From: a virus
Reading direction: 5' to 3' (one strand)
Virus record (IMG/VR): IMGVR_UViG_3300025254_000001
DNA: 64,000 nucleotides
A program made the position numbers and the translations under genes. This document shows positions 45,190-54,801 of this stretch, one piece after another (within the stretch, counting starts at the first letter, position 1; each line of letters opens with the position of its first letter). The notes below the pieces were generated by a model, which was not told the origin of the DNA, did not search any database, and saw only the letters and a program-made list of their open reading frames with translations.

Positions 45190-45286
45190 CAATATGTCGC
45201 ACGAAATCAAAGATCGACGCCGAAAGTGTAGTCCAGCGCCGGAGCCGTCTCGCATCGTCAAATGCGAATTGCGAGTCGTATTTGGC

Positions 45287-45502
45287 TCAATGCCGCCCGC
45301 CTTCGATCCACGCCTGGTAGCCGCGCATGCTGATGTAGAGCCGGCCGTCCGGCGCACGGCGCCACTCGCGGCCCTCCACCCAGACGCCCTCGGAAATCTT
45401 GCAGCGGATCGCCTTCTCGGTGAGGCCGGTAGCCGCCGCCGCCGCCTTGATCGTGACGTAGGTCGCCAGCTGCACCGGCGTGTCGTTGCTCTGCGGGCTC
45501 AT
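45287..45502 (-). CDS. xis: Excisionase-like DNA-binding protein
   Basis: 71 aa. YVTIKAAAAATGLTEKAIRCKI..GVWVEGREWRRAPDGRLYI resembles excisionase/AlpA-type winged helix. Positioned near int. Confidence 0.6.
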   Translation of the reverse strand: MSPQSNDTPVQLATYVTIKAAAAATGLTEKAIRCKISEGVWVEGREWRRAPDGRLYISMRGYQAWIEGGRH

Positions 45503-45972
45503 GGCGTCAGCTCCAGGGCCGGCAGCAGCTTGCCCTCGGCCACGTGTTCCAGCACGGTGCGCCCGCTGGGCAGCAGGATCTGCCCGAGGAACGCGCCCTC
45601 GAAGGTCAGGATGCCCGTCTCCACCGCGGTGATCTGGCCCTTGATCCAGTCGCGCAGGATCGAATAGACCGCCACGCTGGCGATCTCCATCGCCTTGCGC
45701 TCGGCGGCCAGGCGCTTGTCCTTGGACCGGCCCGCGGCGATGTCGGTGTTGTAGATGGTGGGCGGGTGCTCGCGCAGGTAGGCCGCCGCGTAGCCGCGGA
45801 TCGACGCCTTGACGCTCACGGGCCGGCCGCGGTATTCGAACTGCACGAGGATCTCTTGGGCCACGTCGTCGGACATGCTGCCGAACTTCGTGCAGCCGAA
45901 GGCGCGCAGCAGCTTCTGAATCTCGCCGAGGGCGCGCTCGCCGCTGGTGGCTTTCTCGTAGGGCAGGGGCAT
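45499..45972 (-). CDS. Hypothetical protein
   Basis: 157 aa. Strong SD GAGGAGA upstream of ATG 45972. Confidence 0.55.
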   Translation of the reverse strand: MPLPYEKATSGERALGEIQKLLRAFGCTKFGSMSDDVAQEILVQFEYRGRPVSVKASIRGYAAAYLREHPPTIYNTDIAAGRSKDKRLAAERKAMEIASVAVYSILRDWIKGQITAVETGILTFEGAFLGQILLPSGRTVLEHVAEGKLLPALELTP

Positions 45973-45985
45973 GATGCCGATCTCC

Positions 45986-46279
45986 TCATGGGGTCGCGGG
46001 CTGCGCGTGCATGACCCGCTCATGGTCCGCCAGGCCGGCGCGCTTGACCAGGCGCCCGCACTTCTCGCAGCGCACCTTGCGGCCTGGCAGGCCCTGCGTC
46101 TCGCGCTCGCCGCAGTCCTGGAAGAACTGGCCAACGCGTTGGATGTCGCGGCCGGCCTGCCTTCGCGCGCGCGCGCAGATCCCGCAGACCAGCGGTACGC
46201 CGAACTCGTCGCCGCCGATGTAGACGCCGCAGCCCTCGCAGTACGTGCCATCGAGCATCCCCTCGGCGATCTCACCCAT
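45986..46279 (-). CDS. Double zinc-ribbon small protein
   Basis: 97 aa. CEGCG...CGIC and CEKCG motifs. Confidence 0.5.
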   Translation of the reverse strand: MGEIAEGMLDGTYCEGCGVYIGGDEFGVPLVCGICARARRQAGRDIQRVGQFFQDCGERETQGLPGRKVRCEKCGRLVKRAGLADHERVMHAQPATP

Positions 46280-46913
46280 GCTGATCGAGGAACGCCTGCG
46301 TGGCGTCCTTCGCCTCGGGCTTGCCGGCGGCACCGCCCACCTCGCGGAAGTCGGGATCGAAGCTGGCGTCGACCACGTCCTCGTCGCCGAACGGCAGCGA
46401 CGTCTCCGAGGGGCCGCTCAGCGTCGCCATGACCTCGCGCTTGAGCATATGCGCGAGGCGGTCGATGACCGGCACGTGCTGGGGCGGCACGCACTGCACC
46501 CGGAAGACCAGGTGGACCGTGCCGCCTTCGAGCGGCTCGATCTTGAGGTTGTTGATCCGGCAGTCGCGCAGCACGATGTCCGACTCGCCGCCGATGCCGT
46601 AGGCCAGCGTGAGCGTGCGTCCGCTCAATTCCTCCACCCAGCGCAGCGCGTCGAGCTGCGGCCAGCGCAGGTTCGGCAGGTCGGGCGGCTCGCCGAGGGC
46701 CAGCTCGCCCTGGTCCTTCGCCGGCTGGTTCTCCAGCTTGCAGAACAGCATCCGGCGCAGCTGCGGATGGAACAGGTCCAGCACCGCGTTGCCGCAGTCC
46801 ATCGAGAACTTGAGGTCGATGGCGGTGACCAGGTCGTCGCCGTGCTGCTCGCTGCGGGTGTTGAGGTGTTCGAGCACGACCGGCGTCGGCTCGGGGAGGG
46901 AAAAGCGGTTCAC
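46272..46913 (-). CDS. Hypothetical protein
   Basis: 213 aa. GTG start with SD AAGGAG. Confidence 0.55.
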   Translation of the reverse strand: MNRFSLPEPTPVVLEHLNTRSEQHGDDLVTAIDLKFSMDCGNAVLDLFHPQLRRMLFCKLENQPAKDQGELALGEPPDLPNLRWPQLDALRWVEELSGRTLTLAYGIGGESDIVLRDCRINNLKIEPLEGGTVHLVFRVQCVPPQHVPVIDRLAHMLKREVMATLSGPSETSLPFGDEDVVDASFDPDFREVGGAAGKPEAKDATQAFLDQHG

Positions 46914-47055
46914 GTCGTGTGCTCCTTGTTGAATAAAAAGCGGGCGCCCGATTGCTCGGGGGTTTGAGGCCGGAGTTGCTAGGAGGGTTGCCGGCCTCGG
47001 TCGCCCTTGGAAAGCGCGGCCCCGCTAGGAGGCGGCCGCGGTTCGCTCGTGCGCT

Positions 47056-47391
47056 CTAGTCAAAGTCCTGATCGAAGCAGACGACCACGTCGCCGACGAT
47101 CTGGTGCGTCGTGCCCGGCTTGCAGTTCGCGTGGTACAGCGCGGTCGCCTTCGGGTTATCCGGCTTGAGCGCGCGAGTGGGGCGTAGCTCGTGGTGACCG
47201 TCGCTGTGCACAATCGTCTCGGTCTCATAGCCCGAGTCATCCAGCACCATGACCTGCAGCGGATACCCGAGGTGACGCAGAGAGACGGTGTCGAGCGTCC
47301 GCGCGCCGATCAGCGCGTGGATCTCGGCCATGGTCGGCGACTTGTCCAGCCGCACCTCGGTGCCGTCGCAGCGGATGATGCGGGCCGTCAT
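47056..47391 (-). CDS. Hypothetical protein
   Basis: 111 aa. Strong SD GAGGAGGTGGA. Overlaps the ParB-like gene stop. Confidence 0.55.
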   Translation of the reverse strand: MTARIIRCDGTEVRLDKSPTMAEIHALIGARTLDTVSLRHLGYPLQVMVLDDSGYETETIVHSDGHHELRPTRALKPDNPKATALYHANCKPGTTHQIVGDVVVCFDQDFD

Positions 47392-48245
47392 TCCACCTCC
47401 TCGCGGAGCTTGAGGTGGTGTCGGCATCCCTTGTTCATTGCCTCGACCATGCCAAGTCCCCACACGCGGGCACCGCCGCGCGCATAGAAGGCAGCGGCAC
47501 GTCCCGATGCATCGAGCAGCCCCTGATATTTGACGCGCAGCACGCGCTCTCGCCATCGGCGCTCGGTCAGGCTTTCGTCGTCTGGCAGGTGCGTCTCGAT
47601 ATAGAACAGGCCCTCGAAGATGCGCTCATGCAGACGGTTTTCTTCGCACACCTCGATGATGAGAGGCCACACCCTGGCGACCGCCTCGCGATTGGACTCG
47701 ATCGCGCGGAGCAGGGAGGTCAGACATGCGACGGTGGTCGGACTCGCGGCTCCGCTCGCGGTCCGGCCGGAACTTTCGATGAGCGAGTTGGCGTAGACGA
47801 TGATCTCCTTCCTGCACGCGAGGTCGGGCCGCCATTTCTCCATCGTCGTCGGCATCCGGCGGTTGGAGTTCACGTCACTGAATCCTTGCGCCTCCTCCAT
47901 GTTGCTCTGGGTCTCGAACACGAGGCAGGGAAGCTGCTGGATGTCTTCGCGCTTGCACGCCGCGAGGACGCGGTGCTGTCCGTCAATCACGTAAAACCTG
48001 TTCGTCCCGATGCGCTGGGCCACCAGAATCACGCCACACGCGATCCATGACCAATCGCGAGCTAGGCGCAGGACCCGGTCGTTCCTCGCATCACGCTGGT
48101 AGGTCGCGTCGACCTCCAGCATGTTCTTGTCGAGATGACAAAGGCGTCCCGGCTTGCCGCGGGTCTTCCATTTGTATAGGTCGATCTTCGACAGGCCCCG
48201 CGCGGAAAATTCGCCCGTCGCCCGCTGTTCGTCTCTGATGTTCAT
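47388..48245 (-). CDS. ParB N-terminal-domain (ParB/Srx-like) protein
   Basis: 285 aa with a VIDGQHRVLA motif. ATGA overlap with the recT stop. Confidence 0.65.
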   Translation of the reverse strand: MNIRDEQRATGEFSARGLSKIDLYKWKTRGKPGRLCHLDKNMLEVDATYQRDARNDRVLRLARDWSWIACGVILVAQRIGTNRFYVIDGQHRVLAACKREDIQQLPCLVFETQSNMEEAQGFSDVNSNRRMPTTMEKWRPDLACRKEIIVYANSLIESSGRTASGAASPTTVACLTSLLRAIESNREAVARVWPLIIEVCEENRLHERIFEGLFYIETHLPDDESLTERRWRERVLRVKYQGLLDASGRAAAFYARGGARVWGLGMVEAMNKGCRHHLKLREEVE

Positions 48246-49384
48246 GCTTCGTCGCTCCACTTGCCGCGATAGACGGTGATGAGGTCATCGAACCGAGCCG
48301 GCCCGAGCACGCTGCGCGCCTCATCGAGCACGATGCTCGCGGCCTCTGCGCCCGGCGCTTGTTGCACGGCCTCGATGTATTGCTCGAAGGTGCGCGGCTC
48401 CATCGGCGGCTCGTCGCGCGGCCGGCCGTCGTCGTCATACTCTTCGGGCCGCGGCGCCGCGGCGCCGCCGGCGGGCGTGGCCTTGCGCGGTCGACCGCGT
48501 TGCGGCGCGGGCGCGGCCTGTGGCGTCGGGGGAGCCGCCGGCGGATCGATCTCGCCGGTGTCCGCGTCGACGTAGGGCGGTGGCACGAATGCGTTGTCGA
48601 TAGCCTCGTGCACGCTGAGCACCTGCTGGCCGCGCGTGGCCGAGTCGTCGAGCGCCAGCGCCATCGCGAGGTCGGTAGACTTCGGCAGGTATTTGCAGAT
48701 CCGGCGCAGCGCGGTCTTGCGCGCCATCTCGCCCCAGTCGGAATCCCAAGGCGTGGTCTTGCCGTAGCGCCTGGCGGTCTGCACGTTCTGGCTGCGGTTC
48801 TTGATGCGCTCGATGTCTTCCAGCGTCATCAGCTCGGCGTGCGAGCCGCCGCCCTTCAGGCGCGCGACCGCGTAGACCAGGCGCACTGGGCCCGGGTCGC
48901 CGTTTAGCCACGGCTTGTGGCGGATGCCCGGCTCGGTGCCCCACTGGACGTCGAAGTCGTCGCGCTCGTAGACCAGGTGGGCCGAGATCGAGTCGACCAG
49001 GCCGGAGCGCCGCACGAGTTCGAGCAGGCCCTGGTAGCCCAGCTGCAGCGTGCACACGTAGCCCTCGTCGCGCTGGCGATAGGGGATGAGGTAGCACTCG
49101 CCCAGGATGCCGGGGCGCAGCCCGAGCTGCGACGCCTGGATCACGCAGGCGAAGACGGACGCCGGCTGGCACTCGGCCAGGCGCGGGTTGATGCGAAAGC
49201 AGGTCAGCGCGACCCGCGTGATGTTGTCGGCGTTCAGGTGCCGGGGCAAGGCGCGCGCGATCTCGCCCTTGTAGGCCTCCAGCATCGCCGGGAAATTGTC
49301 CGGGCGCGGCTGGCGCAGCGAGCCGGCGGATTGACCGGCGGCGACGTCGCGCAGCGTGGTGGTCGGACGTGGGGTGGTGTTCAT
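48242..49384 (-). CDS. recT: RecT-family single-strand annealing protein
   Basis: 380 aa. CFRINPRLAEC...QLGLRPGILGECYLIPY pattern. Paired with the exonuclease gene. Confidence 0.8.
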   Translation of the reverse strand: MNTTPRPTTTLRDVAAGQSAGSLRQPRPDNFPAMLEAYKGEIARALPRHLNADNITRVALTCFRINPRLAECQPASVFACVIQASQLGLRPGILGECYLIPYRQRDEGYVCTLQLGYQGLLELVRRSGLVDSISAHLVYERDDFDVQWGTEPGIRHKPWLNGDPGPVRLVYAVARLKGGGSHAELMTLEDIERIKNRSQNVQTARRYGKTTPWDSDWGEMARKTALRRICKYLPKSTDLAMALALDDSATRGQQVLSVHEAIDNAFVPPPYVDADTGEIDPPAAPPTPQAAPAPQRGRPRKATPAGGAAAPRPEEYDDDGRPRDEPPMEPRTFEQYIEAVQQAPGAEAASIVLDEARSVLGPARFDDLITVYRGKWSDEA

Positions 49385-49575
49385 TCGTGGATTTCCTCTC
49401 GTGCTTTCAACATGGCGTCAGCCATCAGGTAGGCGGCGCTCGCGTACCGCTTGCGTGCGCTGTCGTATTCCTCGCAGCTCGTGGCGTCAGCTGCGATGAA
49501 CGCCGCCACCGCCGCCGTCGCGATCTGGTCTCGCAGGACGGTGAGGTAGGTGCTGGCGCGGTGGTGCTCATCCAT
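49381..49575 (-). CDS. Hypothetical small protein
   Basis: 64 aa from ATG 49575 with SD GAGAGG. Confidence 0.4.
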   Translation of the reverse strand: MDEHHRASTYLTVLRDQIATAAVAAFIAADATSCEEYDSARKRYASAAYLMADAMLKAREEIHE

Positions 49576-49585
49576 GACCGGCCTC

Positions 49586-50518
49586 TCAGTCGGACATGGC
49601 CCAGGCGGGCAGGTCGATGAGCTGCACCTCCTGGCTGTAGCTGGGCCAGGTGCCGCGCAGCAGGCACTCGGCGTAGGTGTCCAGGTTGCGGCGGTAGTCC
49701 GTCTTGCCCTGCGCGCGGCTGCGGTCATCGAGCATCAGCGCGCTGGCCGCATAGGGGTACTCGGACTCGACCGCGACGAACACGAAGCCCATCACGGCGT
49801 CGCCGCTGGCGGCCTGGTAGCCGTCGCTGTAGAACGCGTCCTGCACGTGGTAGCGCTTGCGCGCGACCTGCCGGCGGAACTCGTGGGCGCTCGCGTCCGC
49901 GTAGGTCTTGACGTCCAGCAGCACGACCGCGCGCGGGCCGTAGCGCGCCACCCAGTCGGGCCGGCACCGGCACAGCACGCCGGTCTGCGGGTCCACCCAC
50001 ATGGCCGACACCTCGGGCATCCCGCGCGTGAGCGCGTCGTGGATGTCGTGCAGCCGATGCACGCTGTCGGCCTGGCGCATGGCCACCTCGTACTGGTGGC
50101 CGGTGATGACGGTCTTGCCCTGGTTCAGGCTGTTGAAGTCGCGCCACCAGGCCATCGCGTTGACGCTGTCGGGGCTCGGCTTCGCTGCGTTCCACTGCGC
50201 CTCGGTGGGCCGGCGCGGCGCGTTCGAGGGGATCACGACGTAGCGTTGGCCGAACACGTGCGGCTCCAGGATCGCGCAATGAGCCAGCGTGCCCTCAAGC
50301 TGCCCGGCGCGATCCTTGGGCGTCGGCCGAAGCGGATCGCGGTGCAGCGCGTAGTAGTGCGCCGGGCTGCGGTTGATGTTGTCCAGGCCGGTCTTCGAGA
50401 TCCCCACCATCGCGTGGTAGGCCTCGATCTCGACGTCGTGGCGAATGCCCGGAAAACCTTCGGGCAAGGGCTCCGCTAGCCCGGTCTCGCCGACCGGGCG
50501 CTCAATGATCTCGTTCAT
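49586..50518 (-). CDS. PD-(D/E)XK exonuclease (RecE/YqaJ-like partner of RecT)
   Basis: 310 aa. GTLAHCAILEP, LLDVKTYAD and QDAFYSDGY motifs. Confidence 0.7.
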   Translation of the reverse strand: MNEIIERPVGETGLAEPLPEGFPGIRHDVEIEAYHAMVGISKTGLDNINRSPAHYYALHRDPLRPTPKDRAGQLEGTLAHCAILEPHVFGQRYVVIPSNAPRRPTEAQWNAAKPSPDSVNAMAWWRDFNSLNQGKTVITGHQYEVAMRQADSVHRLHDIHDALTRGMPEVSAMWVDPQTGVLCRCRPDWVARYGPRAVVLLDVKTYADASAHEFRRQVARKRYHVQDAFYSDGYQAASGDAVMGFVFVAVESEYPYAASALMLDDRSRAQGKTDYRRNLDTYAECLLRGTWPSYSQEVQLIDLPAWAMSD

Positions 50519-50533
50519 GACCCGCTTCCTGCG

Positions 50534-50857
50534 CTAGCCCAGCGCGCCGGAGTCTCGCGACTCGACGACATGAGCGAAGAAGATCCACGCCTGCTGCGCG
50601 GTGCCGTAGGAAACGGGATGGCCCTTCAGGACGACACGCTTGTTGCCGACGAAGCACTCGTAGCGATGCGTCGGCGAGCGGCGCACGCTAGCGGTCGGGA
50701 CCGCCGCCAGCACCAGCTGCTTGAAGTTCGGGTCCTTCTGTCGAAAGCGCGCGGTGAAGCGGCCTGCTTCGACGTGTTCGAAATGGGCGAGGGCCTTGGC
50801 GATGTCGTTGACTGCATCGCTGTTCAGGCCGTCCGAGCAGATGGCGAACGTCTCCAT
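50534..50857 (-). CDS. Hypothetical protein, first gene of the leftward early operon
   Basis: 107-aa ORF next to the immunity region. Confidence 0.45.
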   Translation of the reverse strand: METFAICSDGLNSDAVNDIAKALAHFEHVEAGRFTARFRQKDPNFKQLVLAAVPTASVRRSPTHRYECFVGNKRVVLKGHPVSYGTAQQAWIFFAHVVESRDSGALG

Positions 50858-50920
50858 TTTTTGCCGTACTCCCGTTTGATTTTTGACAGCGCGATGAATC
50901 GGGCTGATGGATCAAACGTA

Positions 50921-50932
50921 GCAACGGATTGC
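50921..50932. promoter_or_regulatory. Operator-like site GCAACGGATTGC (near-palindrome)
   Basis: Shares the AACGGATT core with sites at 51427 and 51510 (inverted). Lies upstream of the leftward operon. Confidence 0.45.
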
Positions 50933-51041
50933 GCGCCGTCAAGCAAATTTTTGCCTGAAGGGGCATTCGGAAACGGCCATTTGCGCGTTGGTGTAGACGC
51001 GCGAGCGCGCGGGAAAACCCGCGCTGGGAGAGCGCCGGGGA

Positions 51042-51386
51042 CTAGGCGTCCAGGTCGTCTATCTCGGTCTGCTCGCGGTCTAGGAACGCGCGTTCCACCG
51101 CCTTGTGGAACCGCATGCGGGCCACGCTGTCATGCAGCAGCTCCCAGGGTTCGACCTCTAAGGCGACCGCCAGCTTGTGCAGGTTGGACAGCGTCCCAGA
51201 GGGACAGCTCATGCTCGTGCCGCTGTGGGTGACGCGGTTCGAGGGCCGCAGGAAGTTGCCCACCGTTCGAGGCGAGACGCCGCTGGCGCGAGCGAGCGCG
51301 CTCTCGGACATTGACTGCGCGCGCATCTGGCACTCCAGGTTCGCGGCGATGGATCGAAGGAATTGCGAGACGTTTCGATTGGTCAT
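51042..51386 (-). CDS. CI-like repressor (XRE-family HTH)
   Basis: 114 aa from ATG 51386. MSESALARASGVSPRTVGNFL helix-turn-helix. Divergent from the rightward operon. Confidence 0.65.
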   Translation of the reverse strand: MTNRNVSQFLRSIAANLECQMRAQSMSESALARASGVSPRTVGNFLRPSNRVTHSGTSMSCPSGTLSNLHKLAVALEVEPWELLHDSVARMRFHKAVERAFLDREQTEIDDLDA

Positions 51387-51426
51387 GACGCGTGCCCTCA
51401 AGGGTCCCCCATTCTTAGGGGGTCTA

Positions 51427-51438
51427 GTAACGGATTCC
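51427..51438. promoter_or_regulatory. Operator-like site GTAACGGATTCC
   Basis: Lies in the divergent promoter region. A related TCTAGGGATTCC is at 51484-51495. Confidence 0.4.
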
Positions 51439-51497
51439 CATACCCCCCATTTTGTACGCAGAACCATGACGACGCCAGGGAGTTCTAGGGATTCCTC

Positions 51498-51525
51498 TTG
51501 ACGCGCGGTAATCCGTTGCTACGTT
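51498..51525 (+). promoter_or_regulatory. Rightward early promoter candidate (TTGACG, 16-nt spacer, TACGTT)
   Basis: The spacer contains the inverted operator core AATCCGTTGC (51510-51519). Confidence 0.45.
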
Positions 51526-51533
51526 GCAGAGGG

Positions 51534-51818
51534 GTGAACACCTTCGCACCCCTCGCCGATCTGCCGCTGGATGAAGACGTCCGGCGCCTGCTTGAGGCCC
51601 ATCGCGGCCAGTGGAAAACCATCGCCCATGCCTCGGGCGTGAGCTACTCCTGGCTCTCCAAATTCTCGCGTCGCACGATCTCGAACCCGGGATTCGCGAC
51701 CCTGCAGCGCCTGCGCTTCTGCCTCCTGCAGGCGCCGCTGCCGCCGCGGTTGCCGCCCGTGCCGCCGCCCGCCGCCCGCCTGCCTGCCAACCTGCCCGCC
51801 GTCGCGAGTGCGAAATGA
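51534..51818 (+). CDS. Cro/CII-like HTH protein
   Basis: About 94 aa. WKTIAHASGVSYSWLSKFSRR helix-turn-helix. Start uncertain: GTG 51534 would be near-leaderless; TTG 51498 is the alternative. Confidence 0.5.
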   Translation: MNTFAPLADLPLDEDVRRLLEAHRGQWKTIAHASGVSYSWLSKFSRRTISNPGFATLQRLRFCLLQAPLPPRLPPVPPPAARLPANLPAVASAK

Positions 51819-52737
51819 TCGCGTCGACCTCTCCGGGGGTGACGGCGTGATCGTCGACCCCGACTTCCTCGACCACTGGCGCACTGGCATGGTGGTCGAC
51901 GCGTTGGCCGACCCGATGGCACCGCTGTACATCCTTCGCCTCTGGGCCCATTGCCAGGAGCGCAGGTCGGACACGTTCGTGATGCCGGCGCGCGGCGTCA
52001 AGTCGCAATGCAAGTGCCCGGCCGATGCCGACGTCTTCGAGGCCGCGCTCATCGAGGCCGGCTTCCTGAAGCGCGATGGCGCCACGATCACCGTGCTCGG
52101 CTGGTCTGAGAAGAACGCGTCGCTGCTCGCCGCATGGAAGAACGGCATCAAGGGTGGCCGTCCCAAAAAGAACCCAGATGAAACCCCTGGGAAACCCACC
52201 GGTAACCCAGCCCGAACCCAGCCCGAACCCATGGGCAACCCAGACGAAACCGATAAGAGAAGAGAAGAGAAGAACTCTCCTTCACTACGTTCAGGAGAGG
52301 ACCCGGCGCGCAAGCGCGCTACCCCTGCGCCCGTCGAGATCGTGCCGGCCTCGGTGCTCGTGGCGGCTGGATTCGATGCCAAGACCGCCTCGGACTTCAT
52401 CGCGCACAAGGCTGCGCACAAGGCGCCGCTGACGCCGCGGGCGTGGGCCGACCACCAGCGCGAGGCGCTCAAGGCCGGCTGGACGCCGGTGCAGGCGGCC
52501 GAGAAGGTCATGGCCAAGTCCTGGAAGGGCTTCGAGGCGAAGTACGTCCGTGACGAGCACCCGCCGACGCGCCACGGCCCGCTGATCGAGACCTTCCGCC
52601 AGCGCGACGAGCGCGACGCCGCTGAGAAGGTGGCCTTCCTCACCGGCCGCCTGCCGGGCAATGGCGCGGCCCGCCCGGCGCAAGCCGACTTCATCGACGC
52701 CGAGGTGACCGATGTCACTCCCCGACAGCTGGGTTGA
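51808..52737 (+). CDS. Replication-organiser protein with DnaT-like C-terminal domain
   Basis: About 300 aa. The C-terminal LVAAGFDAKTASDFIAHKAAHKAPLTPRAWADHQREALKAGWT resembles phage DnaT/O-type domains. Start uncertain. Confidence 0.45.
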   Translation: MRNDRVDLSGGDGVIVDPDFLDHWRTGMVVDALADPMAPLYILRLWAHCQERRSDTFVMPARGVKSQCKCPADADVFEAALIEAGFLKRDGATITVLGWSEKNASLLAAWKNGIKGGRPKKNPDETPGKPTGNPARTQPEPMGNPDETDKRREEKNSPSLRSGEDPARKRATPAPVEIVPASVLVAAGFDAKTASDFIAHKAAHKAPLTPRAWADHQREALKAGWTPVQAAEKVMAKSWKGFEAKYVRDEHPPTRHGPLIETFRQRDERDAAEKVAFLTGRLPGNGAARPAQADFIDAEVTDVTPRQLG

Positions 52738-53185
52738 TCGGATCTTCCTGCGCCTGGCCACCACCTACGGCCAGGCGTTCCTTCGCCAGTACGACGGCAT
52801 CGACCTGGCCGAGGTCAAGGCCAACTGGGCGCGCGAGCTGTCGGTGTTCCAGCAGGCGCCCGACGCCATCGCCTACGGCCTGGATCACCTCCCGCCCGAT
52901 CGCGCGCCGACCGTGCTGCAGTTCCGCGACGCGTGCCGCCGGCCGGTCGAACACACGGCCAGCGCGCCACGCCTGCCGGCGCCTGCGCCCGATCCGAAGG
53001 TCGTCCGCGCGATCCGCGAGGCCTGGCGGCCGGTGGGCTCCGGCGGCCCGCGCGCGTGGGCCGATCGGCTGCGCGAGCGCGAGGAGCGCGGCGAGAACCT
53101 GACGCTGTTCCAGCGCGCGGCCTGGCGCGCGGCGCTGGCCACCGAGCTGCAGGCCGAACAGCACGAGCCCGAGGAGGCGCTCTGA
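52712..53185 (+). CDS. Hypothetical protein (replication module position)
   Basis: 157-aa ORF. Confidence 0.5.
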   Translation: MSLPDSWVDRIFLRLATTYGQAFLRQYDGIDLAEVKANWARELSVFQQAPDAIAYGLDHLPPDRAPTVLQFRDACRRPVEHTASAPRLPAPAPDPKVVRAIREAWRPVGSGGPRAWADRLREREERGENLTLFQRAAWRAALATELQAEQHEPEEAL

Positions 53186-53811
53186 TGGAACTTGTCCTCT
53201 ACAACGCGATGTGCCGCACGATCGCCGAATGCCATGCGGTCGACGAAGCCCTCGACATCAAGGACAAAGCGCGCGCGCTGGAGGTCTATGCCATGCAGGT
53301 GCGCAACGTCGAGGCCGAGCGCAAGGCGTGCGATGTGCGCCTTCGGGCTGAGCGGCGCGTCGGCGAGCTGCTGAAGGAGCTTTCGCGCTCAGAGACGGCA
53401 GGCGGTGGCGACGTGAAATCGGCTCCCAAGCGTGCGGAGCCGATCCACCCTTCACCCTATGCCCAGGCGCTTGCGGACACCGGCATCAGCACGCAGAGCG
53501 CGAGCCGCTACCAGCGCCTTGCCGACGTGCCGCAAGCCGAGTTCGAGGAAGCGCTCCGCGCGCCAGAGGTGAAACCGAGCACGACGCGAATCATTGCCCA
53601 GGCCCGCGATCCGGTGCCTCGGATGAGTGAGGACGCCCTGTGGCTGTGGGGTCGCGCACGCGATTTCGAGCGCGGCGGCTTCGCGCAGATGGACGCGCAG
53701 CTGCTGCTGCAGGGAATGACGGACGCGATGCAGGCCGACATGCGCCGCATCGCGCCGGCGATGGCCGATTTCTTCAATGCACTTGCCGAGGTTCCCCATG
53801 AGCTTGCGTGA
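53185..53811 (+). CDS. Conserved phage hypothetical protein
   Basis: 208 aa. SD GAGGAGG. 1-nt TGATG overlap with the upstream gene. Confidence 0.55.
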   Translation: MELVLYNAMCRTIAECHAVDEALDIKDKARALEVYAMQVRNVEAERKACDVRLRAERRVGELLKELSRSETAGGGDVKSAPKRAEPIHPSPYAQALADTGISTQSASRYQRLADVPQAEFEEALRAPEVKPSTTRIIAQARDPVPRMSEDALWLWGRARDFERGGFAQMDAQLLLQGMTDAMQADMRRIAPAMADFFNALAEVPHELA

Positions 53812-54250
53812 AAAGATCCTCCAGCAGATGGCGCGCGCGGTCGACGAAATGCGCGGCGCGATTCGCATCTCGCCGACCACGGTGGCGATGCATGTGTTCG
53901 AGTTCTATTCCCGCAACCCGGGCTTTGATGAACACCTGGCCTACGCCTCGATCGAGCACCTGAAGCAGCTTGCCCGCAGCCTGCTCGCTCGCCAGCATGA
54001 GCCCGAGCAGCGCGCTCGCGTCATGCTCGATGAGCAAGGCGACTTCTTCGGCGAGCTGCTGCAGGATCGCTACCCGATCAAAGTGCCGCGTGGTGAAGAG
54101 CCGCAGTACCAGCTGCGCCAGTTCATGTCCAACGACGACGTGCAGTGGAACGTGATCCGCATGCGCAAGGTCGGTGCATCGCTTCTGCGCCACGCCGACG
54201 CACTGGAAGCCTGGGATCAATCGCGCGGTGGCCATGAGGTGCCGGCGTGA
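53798..54250 (+). CDS. Hypothetical protein
   Basis: 150 aa from ATG 53798. Confidence 0.45.
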   Translation: MSLREKILQQMARAVDEMRGAIRISPTTVAMHVFEFYSRNPGFDEHLAYASIEHLKQLARSLLARQHEPEQRARVMLDEQGDFFGELLQDRYPIKVPRGEEPQYQLRQFMSNDDVQWNVIRMRKVGASLLRHADALEAWDQSRGGHEVPA

Positions 54251-54801
54251 TTTCCTTCGTCATCCTCGGCGAGCCCGCCAGCAAGGCCAACAGCCGCGAG
54301 TTGGCCACGATCGGCCCGAAGGACGCGCGCCGCACGATCCTGCGCAAGTCGGACAAGGCCTTGACCTTCGAGGACGACGCGCGCCGGCAGATCCCGCCCG
54401 CCGCCCGCCAGCGCCTGGTCGGTCCGGTGAGCGTGACGCTGCGGATCTTCTACGCCAGCGAGCGGCCCGACCTGGACGAGTCGATCGTCCTGGACGTCCT
54501 GCAAGACCGCTGGGTGCGCACGCAGGTCCAGCCCGAGCGCCACTCGATCGACGCCGAGGGTCGGCACACCATGACTTCGGCCGTCACCGGACGCGTGCTG
54601 GTGCAAGCCGGCGTCTACCGCAACGACCGCCAGGTGCGCGAGAAGCACGTGTTCCATGGCATCGATCGCGCCAACCCGCGCACCGAGGTCGTCATCGAGC
54701 CGCTGCAGCCGCAGCAGGTGTCGTTCCTTGAGGACGACGGGGTCAGGTCGGTCGCGCGCCCCTTGAAGTCGCGGCCCAACACCGAGAAAGCAACCGCATG
54801 A
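54247..54801 (+). CDS. rusA: RusA-like Holliday junction resolvase
   Basis: 184 aa. GEPASKANSRE and RPDLDESIVLDVLQ patterns. GTGA overlap with the upstream stop. Confidence 0.5.
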   Translation: MISFVILGEPASKANSRELATIGPKDARRTILRKSDKALTFEDDARRQIPPAARQRLVGPVSVTLRIFYASERPDLDESIVLDVLQDRWVRTQVQPERHSIDAEGRHTMTSAVTGRVLVQAGVYRNDRQVREKHVFHGIDRANPRTEVVIEPLQPQQVSFLEDDGVRSVARPLKSRPNTEKATA

